DNA from: a virus
IMG/VR virus record: IMGVR_UViG_3300032213_003144
Location: 1 to 64,000 of that record
Strand: one strand, 5' to 3'
Length of the DNA: 64,000 nucleotides
The notes below the pieces were generated by a model. That model had not been told where the DNA came from. It did not search any database and worked only from the letters and a program-made list of their open reading frames with translations. The translations under genes and the position numbers were made by a program. This document shows, piece after piece, positions 28,317 through 37,544 of the stretch; the stretch's first letter is position 1, and the number at the start of each line of letters is the position of its first letter.

Positions 28317-28641
28317 AAAAAACGGTTTTTTTAACAAATTTCTTGCTCCTGGTCAAACGTTCGTCGGGTTCGGATGGCTGGGGGTGGGAATTCAACTAAA
28401 GGTACTGGAGGTACTGGGATGCAGGAATACCTATTAAGAGAAAAAGAACAAAAAGCCAGCATCGTTCTGGCAATGCGTTTGGCACAATCCGTGAAATTAC
28501 GACATGGAGACGACGCCGTGGATTTCCTCTCTGGGGTCATCCTTGAGCTCTCCAATCCCGAGGATGTTTTTGAACTTATTTGCAAAATTGAAAATAGCTG
28601 ACTCAAAAGACACGTGGACGAAAGTTAGGTAGATTCTGTAC

Positions 28642-29097
28642 ATGGAAGAAAAAAACAATAAATACCAGCAAGTATCCGGCAGCAATGCATTTGAAGAAAT
28701 GCTAAAAAAAGAACAAATGAAGCCAGAGCTCATCGAAGAGGTAATGGAGAAAATCGCCGAAACCTCTGAAGAGGTCCATAACATTATTTTCGTTTTTACG
28801 GATAATGATGTGGCCGTCACGGGTGTGCATGTTCCTAGGTCAGCGCTCAATGGCGAAGACGGCCCGGTCATATTTAAGAATTCTAAAGAAAATTCATTAA
28901 CTGCAGCATTCTCGCGGGAGTACATTGAAGAGAGAATCCTCAGGGCTGATGAAGTGGGAGAGAGAGCGGGGCTCGGCAGCGTTATCGCCGACCAGGTCTG
29001 GATTTCCGAGTTGGAAAAAATAGTTGAAGAGGTTAGAATGAAAATCGAAACGACCCCTCCCAGGAGCTGGGACGAACTACTAGACGAGGGTAAATAA
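28642..29097 (+). CDS. hypothetical protein
   Basis: 151-aa ORF coupled to the next gene. Confidence 0.7.
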   Translation: MEEKNNKYQQVSGSNAFEEMLKKEQMKPELIEEVMEKIAETSEEVHNIIFVFTDNDVAVTGVHVPRSALNGEDGPVIFKNSKENSLTAAFSREYIEERILRADEVGERAGLGSVIADQVWISELEKIVEEVRMKIETTPPRSWDELLDEGK

Positions 29098-29789
29098 TGT
29101 TGACGGTGGTGGATGAGCTCGGCAATGACGGACCACGTTGGTGGCAAGAGGCTGCCAAGGTTGTGGTTTGTGAGATTTTTAACGATAACTCCCTCGAGAA
29201 GGTAATCCATCACCTGGATTGCCTCGAAGAGGAATTCCAAGAAATGCGAAAAAATGAAGAAAAAGTTATCTATGCCGCCGGCCAGGTATCTCGAGAATCT
29301 CAAAAATTTCTATCGTCTCACTTCGATGGGATGCTCAATAACTTTAAGTTCTTTACTTCTGATGGTCCTTATTGGGTTGATGAATGGCGTCAGCTCGGAT
29401 GTCTAGCTGCGGCTGCGGGAATCAAAAATGGCAATTTTTTAGCAATATCTGAAGACCTGGCTGCCGGCCGCGCGCACCCAGAAAATGAGAAAAAATCAAG
29501 GAACTCCGCGTCAGCTGAATTCGATAGCTGGATGGTGCGCGACTCAATCCTCGAGACATTAGTCAAAAAACAAAAAGATTACGGTCATGAGAATATCTCA
29601 AGGTTCGGTCGATATGGACTACTCGTCCGCACGCACGACAAGCTAGCTCGATTAATTAATCTACAAAAAACAAAAAACAATCCAGAGAACGAATCAGTAA
29701 CAGACACGTATACTGACATCGTCGGCTACTCCGCAATCGGCATGATGCTCGAGCGCGGATGGTTCGGGTTACCGCTAATCGATTACTAG
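29097..29789 (+). CDS. protein with C-terminal DUF1599/Nmad1-like nucleotide-modification-associated domain
   Basis: KKQKDYG...GLLVR.HDKLARL.NL...ESV.DT..DIVGY. Confidence 0.7.
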   Translation: MLTVVDELGNDGPRWWQEAAKVVVCEIFNDNSLEKVIHHLDCLEEEFQEMRKNEEKVIYAAGQVSRESQKFLSSHFDGMLNNFKFFTSDGPYWVDEWRQLGCLAAAAGIKNGNFLAISEDLAAGRAHPENEKKSRNSASAEFDSWMVRDSILETLVKKQKDYGHENISRFGRYGLLVRTHDKLARLINLQKTKNNPENESVTDTYTDIVGYSAIGMMLERGWFGLPLIDY

Positions 29790-29818
29790 ACATACAAAAA
29801 GAAAGACATACTAGACAC

Positions 29819-30211
29819 ATGAATTATCATGACGGTGGTGGAAGACGCGCATTACAGCTCGGCTGTTTGTTGGCTGTTGAAGTTATTGGCTCATCTTCTA
29901 TATATTCTATTTTGGAAAATCATTCTTTTGCTGATGGTCTCTGGTGGTCATTCATGACCTTTACTACTGTTGGCTATGGTGACCAGTTCCCATCAACGAT
30001 GGTTGGGCGGATGGCTGGGATGGTTCTTGTCGCAACAGCTGTATTCGTAATACTGCCAACGATAACTGCAGTAATTGCAACGAGAATAATTGGAGATAAA
30101 GATAAGTTTACGCACGAGGAACAAGAAGAAATAAAAGACTCGCTGCGTCGAATAGATTCAAAAATATCCAGATATCAAGCAATCAGGAGTAAGGAAGATA
30201 CATGGGCATAG
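29819..30211 (+). CDS. KcsA-like two-TM potassium channel
   Basis: DGLWWSFMTFTTVGYGD.FP.T..GR selectivity filter flanked by hydrophobic helices. Confidence 0.88.
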   Translation: MNYHDGGGRRALQLGCLLAVEVIGSSSIYSILENHSFADGLWWSFMTFTTVGYGDQFPSTMVGRMAGMVLVATAVFVILPTITAVIATRIIGDKDKFTHEEQEEIKDSLRRIDSKISRYQAIRSKEDTWA

Positions 30212-30399
30212 TTCTTGGAACAATCATCTATAAAGCCGGCAAACGCCGCGCTAATAAACAAAGAGACAAAGAAGAGAAAGCTCAAAGAGAGTACGACAAC
30301 TGGGGCAGCCACGACTCAACCAGCGCAATGCATCAGTACTACAATGGGCACGACGGCGAAGACACGTCAGCCATGGAGGAGTACTATGCAAATCGATAA
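30202..30399 (+). CDS. hypothetical protein
   Basis: AAGGA RBS. Confidence 0.55.
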   Translation: MGIVLGTIIYKAGKRRANKQRDKEEKAQREYDNWGSHDSTSAMHQYYNGHDGEDTSAMEEYYANR

Positions 30400-30640
30400 C
30401 CCTGAAGAAGAAGACGCCATCGAGCAGCGCGCAGAATTCGAGAAAAATGCGATTCTCGACCAGGAGGACCAGATGCAATACAAAATGGAGAATTCTGTAG
30501 AGAACAAGAAACCCGATTACCTGGGAGAGCTGGTCACCAAGATTGGCGCATCCGGTGCTGCAGCTAACAAAATATTCGAAAATTTAGGAATTGCCTACAA
30601 TTGCATTCAGCTCCCTGAGGAGGAAGACGATGAGTTTTAA
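30386..30640 (+). CDS. acidic hypothetical protein
   Basis: GGAGGAG RBS before MQIDNPEE. Confidence 0.6.
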   Translation: MQIDNPEEEDAIEQRAEFEKNAILDQEDQMQYKMENSVENKKPDYLGELVTKIGASGAAANKIFENLGIAYNCIQLPEEEDDEF

Positions 30641-31031
30641 ACTTCTTTTTTTACATATTTTGTTCCTGGCCATCTGGTCCCTCGACTCCAGGTTTCTGGA
30701 AAAGAAGAGAATCTGGCGGCGGTACCAAAGAAATGTGAATAATCAGGAGCGCGCGCATCGACATGAGCTTGCGCGTATCAACTCTACGTACGTAGACCTG
30801 ACACACCACGTGACGCTGCGGCCGGCAAAGAGTGCAGAAAAAGAGAATTTTTACGACGTCCAAAACGACCTCTGGCCGGATTTGGCAAAAATGAAAGAAA
30901 ACAGGAAAAAATGGGCGTACGATGCCGGCCCAAAGTTTGGGTATACCAAGGCTAAGCGCGACGCGTTCTACACGCAGATGCGCATCAACCGCTGGGGCTG
31001 GGGTACAAGCGAGGCCGGCAAGTTCAAGTAA
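30630..31031 (+). CDS. putative membrane protein
   Basis: GAGGAGG RBS; N-terminal hydrophobic helix. Confidence 0.6.
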   Translation: MSFKLLFLHILFLAIWSLDSRFLEKKRIWRRYQRNVNNQERAHRHELARINSTYVDLTHHVTLRPAKSAEKENFYDVQNDLWPDLAKMKENRKKWAYDAGPKFGYTKAKRDAFYTQMRINRWGWGTSEAGKFK

Positions 31032-31569
31032 AAGGTAGCCCGGGGGAATCAACACCACCTACCACAACGGAGACTCAACCCCGGGCCGTGCTTCTTCAGC
31101 GATTGGGGAACTGTGCCGAAGGAAGCCCCGCTACCATAGCACTTTCTTTTATTGAAAAGTGCAAGTATTTGTTTTTATTTAATCGCCGGCTCGAGCTCCC
31201 GGAAAAAATAAAATTTTTCCAGAAAAACCCCTCTACCCGGTTGACGGTGGTGGATGACCCTGCTATGGTGACAACCCATCTAGCCCAATAGGTCTAGGTA
31301 TCAATGTGACGTCACAATCGCTGAAATCTACACGCTTAAAAACACTTTCCAGAAACGGAAGGTCTAGCTGAGGACGCCCACGATTAGTTGGTACAAAATC
31401 AAAGGTTTTCCCCCAGACCCCCTTTCCAAAGGGGGCTTCTTCTTTAACTTACTACGTTCTTTCTTTACGTAGTTATTAATGTTCTAGTTAACGAAATTAA
31501 TCCTTTCGTAAGGTTGAAAAAACAAAAACCGTTTTACCATTTTTGGTACTTACTTTTTCTTTTTTAACA

Positions 31570-31598
31570 TTGACAGTTTCAGATTTCACGGATAGGAT
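31570..31598 (+). promoter_or_regulatory. sigma70/SigA-type promoter, leaderless
   Basis: TTGACA-N17-TAGGAT, 7 nt before the ATG at 31606. Confidence 0.65.
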
Positions 31599-31605
31599 TC
31601 ACCCC

Positions 31606-31974
31606 ATGGGGAAGCGCGGTCAATCCGAACACAACAAGTCAAAGACAGCTGCAGCTAAAGAAATACCAAAAGCACAAAAGCTAGAGATATTCGATTTCTG
31701 GAAACTTACGTTCAATAAGTCTCGAGTGAGCATGGACGTCAACAGGGAGAACGCACTTGGGTGGGCTATCTATACCTACGGCCTAGAAGCCTGCAGGCAT
31801 GCCATCCTGGGTTGCGCGTCGTCAGCCTTCCATATGGGCCAGAACAAAGCCGGCAAGACATACAACGGGATAGACTTAATCTTCAGAGACGCTGAACATG
31901 TCGAGATGTTCCTAGAGCGCTATGACAAGTCGATAGATACAAGCGCGCGAGATGAATGGATTAATAATGGATAA
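31606..31974 (+). CDS. replication-initiator C-terminal-like protein
   Basis: IFDFWK...AI.G....FHMGQN...Y..IDLIFR pattern; located just upstream of a helicase loader. Confidence 0.55.
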   Translation: MGKRGQSEHNKSKTAAAKEIPKAQKLEIFDFWKLTFNKSRVSMDVNRENALGWAIYTYGLEACRHAILGCASSAFHMGQNKAGKTYNGIDLIFRDAEHVEMFLERYDKSIDTSARDEWINNG

Positions 31975-32449
31975 AGCTGAATTAGCCAACCTAGTTGACC
32001 AGGTCTTCGCCACGTATAACCAAGAGCTTCCATTGGATGACAAGAGCCGCGTACAGCTCATCTATAAGTCCTGGTACGACTTACTCCATGACCTCAGCTA
32101 CGCAGACTGTAAGGAGACCTTCCTCATTCTGGCTACCACCTCCACCTTTATGCCCAAGGCAGGGGAGATAAGACGTTCCACAATTAATAGGCATACAAAA
32201 ATAGGGGAAACAGATGAACCCATTATTGCTTGGGGTAAATTCCAACGGATAATGGAAGACGCTAACGCAGGTGTGATGAATCAGCAGGAGCTCCAAGAGG
32301 CCCTCATACTCACAGTGCGCAAGCTAGGGTCTGCCGGCGCAGGGATGCATACCAATGGGGACCGAGAACACTTCATCCGGGTATATGAAAAGACTGTGAT
32401 AGAAATAGAAGGAGAGAAATATAAAGTCCCTCTCCGAATTGAGGAATAA
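31967..32449 (+). CDS. replicative helicase loader/inhibitor (SPP1 G39P-like)
   Basis: ATY...WYDLLHDLSY.D......A....FMPKAGEIR. Confidence 0.65.
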   Translation: MDKAELANLVDQVFATYNQELPLDDKSRVQLIYKSWYDLLHDLSYADCKETFLILATTSTFMPKAGEIRRSTINRHTKIGETDEPIIAWGKFQRIMEDANAGVMNQQELQEALILTVRKLGSAGAGMHTNGDREHFIRVYEKTVIEIEGEKYKVPLRIEE

Positions 32450-32599
32450 ATGTTTGGCTTTTCTATTTGGCAATTATTGTTGCTTATTCTTTCGTCTTCT
32501 TTTATAGGGTCAGTTGCATACTCTCATAAAAGTTTCCTACATAAAGTGACCCTAATTGGGTTAGTAGTAGTTGCAATGAGGACATTCATCCTGAACTAA
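32450..32599 (+). CDS. small membrane protein (49 aa, not in ORF track)
   Basis: MFGFSIWQLLLLILSSSFIG...; GAGG RBS. Confidence 0.5.
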   Translation: MFGFSIWQLLLLILSSSFIGSVAYSHKSFLHKVTLIGLVVVAMRTFILN

Positions 32600-32608
32600 A
32601 TTCTGGGT

Positions 32609-32776
32609 ATGAAACGTAACCCAGGCCGGCCAGTTGTAATCCCAGAGAAGCCAGTAGTAACGCTTACACTCAGGGTTACAAGAGAGTTCAAACAGAAACT
32701 AATCAACCAATCATCAGCTGTTGATTTGACGCTCACCGCCTATATCCAGGCTTTGGTAGAGCGCGATGGGGCGTAA
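32609..32776 (+). CDS. ribbon-helix-helix DNA-binding protein (55 aa, not in ORF track)
   Basis: GRP....KPVVTLTLRVTREFKQKL......DLTLTAYIQALVER. Confidence 0.65.
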   Translation: MKRNPGRPVVIPEKPVVTLTLRVTREFKQKLINQSSAVDLTLTAYIQALVERDGA

Positions 32777-33110
32777 GGCCAGCAAGACAAAATACACAGA
32801 TAGATGGACAGGAATAACTCTCCGTCTAAAGGGTGATGTAAAAAATCAAATACTAGAAGCTGCAAATAAAAAAGGAATATCTGTAAATCAGTTTGTTCTT
32901 TATGCAGTATGGGATTTCATTCAGAACGAAAAGGGAATCCCTTCGCCCGGAAATGCGCAGTTTGCTCTGCCGACAGTGCAGGAAGAAGTGCTTGCGTATC
33001 TGCGCGGGGAAACATTAATGAAACCGTGCGGAAAAAAAGATTGCCAACAAATAATTACCCAATTAAATGAGATGGATTTTTGTGGTACTTGTAATCTCCG
33101 AATTTTGTAA
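32766..33110 (+). CDS. ribbon-helix-helix protein with C-terminal Cys cluster
   Basis: ITLRLKGDVKNQILEAANKKGISVNQFV; PCGKKDC...CGTC. Confidence 0.7.
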   Translation: MGRKASKTKYTDRWTGITLRLKGDVKNQILEAANKKGISVNQFVLYAVWDFIQNEKGIPSPGNAQFALPTVQEEVLAYLRGETLMKPCGKKDCQQIITQLNEMDFCGTCNLRIL

Positions 33111-33187
33111 GTGGTACATACAAGACTAGAAAAAAATTGAAAAACAAACGCGCGCGCAAACTTTTTGCCCTTTTTTTGCCTTTCTTT

Positions 33188-33535
33188 TCATCCTCCCCAC
33201 ATCTGTGCCAGTGTAGGTCTAGTAGGTTTTATCTTCCTTCTTCTTTGTTCTGCCGCTAGTTGTCGACTCGTCAACCCGGCCCAGACACCATGCATATCGG
33301 CAGGTGGAAACTCCAGTGCGTACTTCAAACACTCCCTGCGAACTGGGCATGACTTACAGATAGCTCTTGCCTGTGCAATGTAGGTAATGTCCTTATGTTG
33401 TTTAGGAAACATTAGTTCTGTCTTTCCTTTGCACCCTGCTAGTTTGAACCAGTCTTTTCTTTCTATATACAAAGACACAACAGGTGTGGAATCTTTTTTA
33501 TCCAATTCTTTTTGGGTAATTTTATTACTAGTCAC
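33188..33535 (-). CDS. whiB: WhiB-family transcription factor
   Basis: Four Cys (C..ICKSCPVRRECL) and GVWAG turn, basic C-terminus. Confidence 0.92.
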   Translation of the reverse strand: MTSNKITQKELDKKDSTPVVSLYIERKDWFKLAGCKGKTELMFPKQHKDITYIAQARAICKSCPVRRECLKYALEFPPADMHGVWAGLTSRQLAAEQRRRKIKPTRPTLAQMWGG

Positions 33536-33644
33536 TTGCTAAAGTCTCCTAAAAAGAGAGCATTCTTACTCCCTATAGGTAATTACTACTATGTAATTAC
33601 TGAAACTCAGTGTCAAGTGGTTTTAGGTATTTGGTAGGTGTGTT

Positions 33645-33878
33645 ATGCTTTCTTTTATGGATAACTTATACGCACAGGACAAGAAGACAATCCTTATGTA
33701 TGAACAGGAAGCGCTTAACTTTCTTATGGAGGGGAAGCAAATAACCCATGACGACATTGAGACAACCATTGAACAAAGCTCTAAGTACTCACTAGTACAG
33801 ATGACTGCCAACAACATGTTCCACACCAATAAGAGGCTTACCTGGAGTGATGTAGAGAACAAGAGAAGTACTCAGTAG
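33645..33878 (+). CDS. hypothetical protein
   Basis: 77-aa ORF. Confidence 0.45.
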   Translation: MLSFMDNLYAQDKKTILMYEQEALNFLMEGKQITHDDIETTIEQSSKYSLVQMTANNMFHTNKRLTWSDVENKRSTQ

Positions 33879-34153
33879 TGTTTCTCTCCCCTAGTGTTAT
33901 TCTCCCTATGTAGGGGTAGGTAACTAAGAGGGATTTAAGAACGTGGATGCTTTAAAATAGCGGCGCGATGTTTTCGGCCTTATTCAGTCCTCGTCTTGTT
34001 TAGTGTTGATTAGGTCTGAATCTTCAGATTCACCCATCTCAAAAAAAAGACCGAGCGCGACTATCACCATGATGATAACAGTGCCGATAATTGGGAAAAT
34101 CCATACTGGGCTCATGTTCTAAGAATACCAATATTTCTTTATTTACAAGTTAT

Positions 34154-34774
34154 CTATTTGGTTTTTTCTTGTCCCTGTACCAGTGTGTGGTACGGAGCAC
34201 CCGTGTATGGGTCGCACTTTGCTGCAATGGACATAGCCTTTATTGCTATCTTTCTTGCAATAGCTACTGTTAGCTTTCCTTTTGGCTGTATGGCAGAGAG
34301 GGCTCCTATGGCGTATTGAGCCCCAGTGCCCACAGCAAAGACTCCGCTGGAATCAGAAATCCATGAGTAATCACCGTCAATGATGTATATCGCTCCATTG
34401 ATAGCCATTACCACCGTAGATGAGTGCTCGGCTATATGAGTCTTGGAGCCATTCTCTGGTAATGCATAACCGTGTGATTCAAAGCATTCCCTTAAACTTG
34501 GGATAAATTTAGCTGTAACAAAGTGGTCAAGCTTCTTCCCTCGTAAAGTTGGTGTTGGATTCGGCGGCGTGAATGCATGATGCAGGATGTTTATTGCTCT
34601 TAAGTCGCCGGCGGCTCCAAGGATAAATCTGCCGTTTAGACCGATTTTCCCATTTGATTCTCTGAGGCTTGCTATCTGTGAAATGAGACCTTCATCGTCG
34701 TCCAGTGTTGATATGCGCGAGTCTGCGGTAATAACGCAAAACCCATCACCCTGGATGCCGATAATCGTTGTCAC
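34154..34774 (-). CDS. proteasome-beta/HslV-like Ntn hydrolase
   Basis: N-terminal (M)TTIIG, ADSRI, K, GAAGD, AVGTGAQYAIG, D.YTG. Confidence 0.85.
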   Translation of the reverse strand: MTTIIGIQGDGFCVITADSRISTLDDDEGLISQIASLRESNGKIGLNGRFILGAAGDLRAINILHHAFTPPNPTPTLRGKKLDHFVTAKFIPSLRECFESHGYALPENGSKTHIAEHSSTVVMAINGAIYIIDGDYSWISDSSGVFAVGTGAQYAIGALSAIQPKGKLTVAIARKIAIKAMSIAAKCDPYTGAPYHTLVQGQEKTK

Positions 34775-35010
34775 TAGTCAGAGCCTTCCTCGGTATTCTT
34801 TTCTTCTTTGTTTCTATTTGCTTCCTCTAGAAGCGTAGACATAGCCTCGTAAGGGTCGAAACTATCACTTGATTTCTCCATAAATTCAAGTGTTGTTTTA
34901 CTTAATCCATAGAGCCATTCTCCGTCATTGGTTATACCCATAACTTCGATAAGACCTGCTTCCCTCAGAAAGTCGAGGTCTTGGATGATTGCTTCATTCC
35001 ATTCTTCGCT
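34774..35010 (-). CDS. hypothetical protein
   Basis: LREAGLIEVMGI...GEWLY; start approximate. Confidence 0.55.
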   Translation of the reverse strand, partial: SEEWNEAIIQDLDFLREAGLIEVMGITNDGEWLYGLSKTTLEFMEKSSDSFDPYEAMSTLLEEANRNKEEKNTEEGSD

Positions 35011-36224
35011 CATGCTCTGTATTCTTCTCCCCTGAATATCCCGTGTCCGCTGTAAATCCACATTGGTTCATAGAAGAATTCTTCTCCGCCGACACCAATT
35101 GGCTGGTATGTAACTACTCCGAGACCCTGTTGCCAGTTCTCCGCGCCCTGTAGTAATGGTCTGCCGAATTCATCCGCGCCAGACTTTACTGATGGGACTG
35201 CTCCGTCAATCCTACATAAGCAACCAGGACTTGCGGCCATGATTGTTCTTGGCCCCTTGTCTGTTCTCCTTGTTCTATAGGCATACTCGTTTCTGTGGAT
35301 ATGCCCGTAGATGACTGATATACGCTCGTTGTCCAGATACTTCTTCGTGGTCGAGTTATTTGATACGACCTTGTCGCCGTGTACAACCATGAGGTTTGTA
35401 TTGATGTAGTGGGCAGATTCTGGATATCCAGGCAGGTAATCAACCCCGAAATCATCCATTCTGCATAAATACGGAACGGTCATTACCGGCCATTCTGGGC
35501 GAAGCTCTCCTGGTTTAATCCCTCTGGTTATTCCGAATGCTGCTTCTGCGTTTGTTTGTATATACCGAGGTAGTCGCGCTTCGTGGTTTCCAGCAATCCA
35601 GGTGATTTTGGCTCGTGGGGCCGCTTCTCTGAGCTGGGCACATAGGTGGGTAGCTCTGTCGATTGCAGCCTGGGCCAGCATCTTAAATGGAGCCGCTGTT
35701 AGATATTTGCCAAATTCTGCAAAATCTAGGTTATCCCCGACCATTACAACCTGGTTAGGGTTCAATTTTTCGATAACTTTCAAAGCCACCGAGATTGCTT
35801 GCTCGTCGTGAATCGGTTCCATCTCGAAAGAATCAAGCGATTTACGGTAGTGACCTATCTGTATATCAGGTACGATTACAGCGGTCTCCCACCCAGTTGG
35901 CTTACTTACTTTTGTCTTTGTCTTTTGTACTTGTATTTTTGGTCCCTGAGATATGACTGGCCACTTTGGACCAGACTCCCATGTAGGTGAAATCCTTATG
36001 GCTGTTGTGGTTGAGGATTTCGGTTTTCCGTCTTTATCTGTTGTTGTTCTATGACTCAGACTTATCGACGCATCCGCGATGTCTTCAACAGGGATTCCCT
36101 TTTCTTTCAGAACGTCCGCAATATCCCCAAGAATCTTCTTTTTTGCAATAGCTGAATCGCTTTCTGCTTTTAAGGTTTTTAGCCGTGAAGCGAGATTGCC
36201 GTTCGGTGTCTTCTTATTTACCAT
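35010..36224 (-). CDS. calcineurin-like metallophosphoesterase
   Basis: PDIQ, GDNLD, GNHE, HGD and GHIH motifs. Confidence 0.85.
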   Translation of the reverse strand: MVNKKTPNGNLASRLKTLKAESDSAIAKKKILGDIADVLKEKGIPVEDIADASISLSHRTTTDKDGKPKSSTTTAIRISPTWESGPKWPVISQGPKIQVQKTKTKVSKPTGWETAVIVPDIQIGHYRKSLDSFEMEPIHDEQAISVALKVIEKLNPNQVVMVGDNLDFAEFGKYLTAAPFKMLAQAAIDRATHLCAQLREAAPRAKITWIAGNHEARLPRYIQTNAEAAFGITRGIKPGELRPEWPVMTVPYLCRMDDFGVDYLPGYPESAHYINTNLMVVHGDKVVSNNSTTKKYLDNERISVIYGHIHRNEYAYRTRRTDKGPRTIMAASPGCLCRIDGAVPSVKSGADEFGRPLLQGAENWQQGLGVVTYQPIGVGGEEFFYEPMWIYSGHGIFRGEEYRA

Positions 36225-36507
36225 TTTTTGCTCCTAGCTGGTTGTGAAGGCAGCAGGTTTTTGCAGCTTCTGGGTCCTTGAGGCAGGTATTCCTTTTTTC
36301 TCCAAGAAATTCCCTACCTATAGAAATTCCTTCGCTATTTAATGTTCTTACTAATGACATGGTTGTAATGTTGCTTTTCAATACTTGGAGCAAGGCGTCC
36401 GCCGTGTCTTCGTCCAGGCCGGCAACTATCCGTCCAAGCTTGCAGTCCTGTCGTGAATTCTGTGTCTCCAATAGTTTCCCCAACGCGTCTTTTAACATGA
36501 GTTCCAC
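36214..36507 (-). CDS. hypothetical protein
   Basis: Coupled upstream of the phosphoesterase. Confidence 0.65.
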   Translation of the reverse strand: MELMLKDALGKLLETQNSRQDCKLGRIVAGLDEDTADALLQVLKSNITTMSLVRTLNSEGISIGREFLGEKRNTCLKDPEAAKTCCLHNQLGAKNGK

Positions 36508-36644
36508 CTGCTAACCTTTCGTTATATGGCCGGTCTTCCGATAGCGACTACGCAAGATATCCCAGTATCTATTAGTACTGAGGCCCCCAATGTCGTCAGT
36601 ACTGATAGTACACCATCTAGTTACATGCGTGTGGTTATGTCGTC

Positions 36645-37085
36645 ATGAAAAATCAAAACTCAGAAAAAATAAAAAAAGCCCTCGAAGAGGCCATCCAGGA
36701 TAGTTCCTCAAATGGGGCCGATGCTGTTGAGCGAATACTCCGGACGCTAGACCAACAAAAAATAGTCAGATATCACAACGATGGGGACGTCAATCTTCTG
36801 TCCACATCTGGGAGGGTTTTGGTCTCGCTTATCGAGGACCCAACAATGACGATTAGGGCGATAGCGACATATCTTGGTTTGAGCGAAACAATGATTGATA
36901 AAACCGTTAAATCATTGATGAATGCAGGGCTGATTACAAAGACAAAAGTCAATCGACAAAATGTCTACAAATTAAATAAAAAAATTATTAATCAGCAGCT
37001 TGATATACGTCAGTTTTTACGCGCTATCAGTGAATTAAATGTTGAGAATATCCAGGAAGAGATAGGAAATTCGGACCCGTTCTAG
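36645..37085 (+). CDS. MarR-like winged-helix regulator
   Basis: PTMTIRAIATYLGLSETMIDKTVKSLMNAGLITK. Confidence 0.8.
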   Translation: MKNQNSEKIKKALEEAIQDSSSNGADAVERILRTLDQQKIVRYHNDGDVNLLSTSGRVLVSLIEDPTMTIRAIATYLGLSETMIDKTVKSLMNAGLITKTKVNRQNVYKLNKKIINQQLDIRQFLRAISELNVENIQEEIGNSDPF

Positions 37086-37097
37086 TAAATTACTGCC

Positions 37098-37544
37098 ATG
37101 GAAAATTGTAGAAACTCAAAGAGCCCTATAACTTTCTACGGAAGTGGTGCTTACGCGCTTCTTTGTTTTGGTAAGAGCGCTAGAAACGCGTTTTCGTCAA
37201 AGACTGCGGCAGATGTGCTCGCAGGTAAGTTTAGGGGTCCCAGTGACGTCCGTATCACGGCTAAACGGCTAGCAGAGTATGGACTGCTTAACGAGGTGTC
37301 TCACAATATGTGGATACTCACGCAACTCGGGGATGATTCCATATATGAGATAGCAGAAAACTTTAGGAGCCTGAGGGCGAGGAAGCTTGGCAAGACCTAC
37401 GTTGAAACAAAACTCAGGGAAATCAGGCTTGGTGCTTCATCTTCTATTGATGATTTCATGGACGACGAAATCCTTGAAGAGATGTATATCAAAACTCTGG
37501 ACGCAACAAAGAAAAAATCCTCAAAGAGAAAGCCAAGGCCTTAG
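37098..37544 (+). CDS. hypothetical protein (wHTH-like)
   Basis: AKRLAEYGLL....WILTQLG. Confidence 0.6.
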   Translation: MENCRNSKSPITFYGSGAYALLCFGKSARNAFSSKTAADVLAGKFRGPSDVRITAKRLAEYGLLNEVSHNMWILTQLGDDSIYEIAENFRSLRARKLGKTYVETKLREIRLGASSSIDDFMDDEILEEMYIKTLDATKKKSSKRKPRP

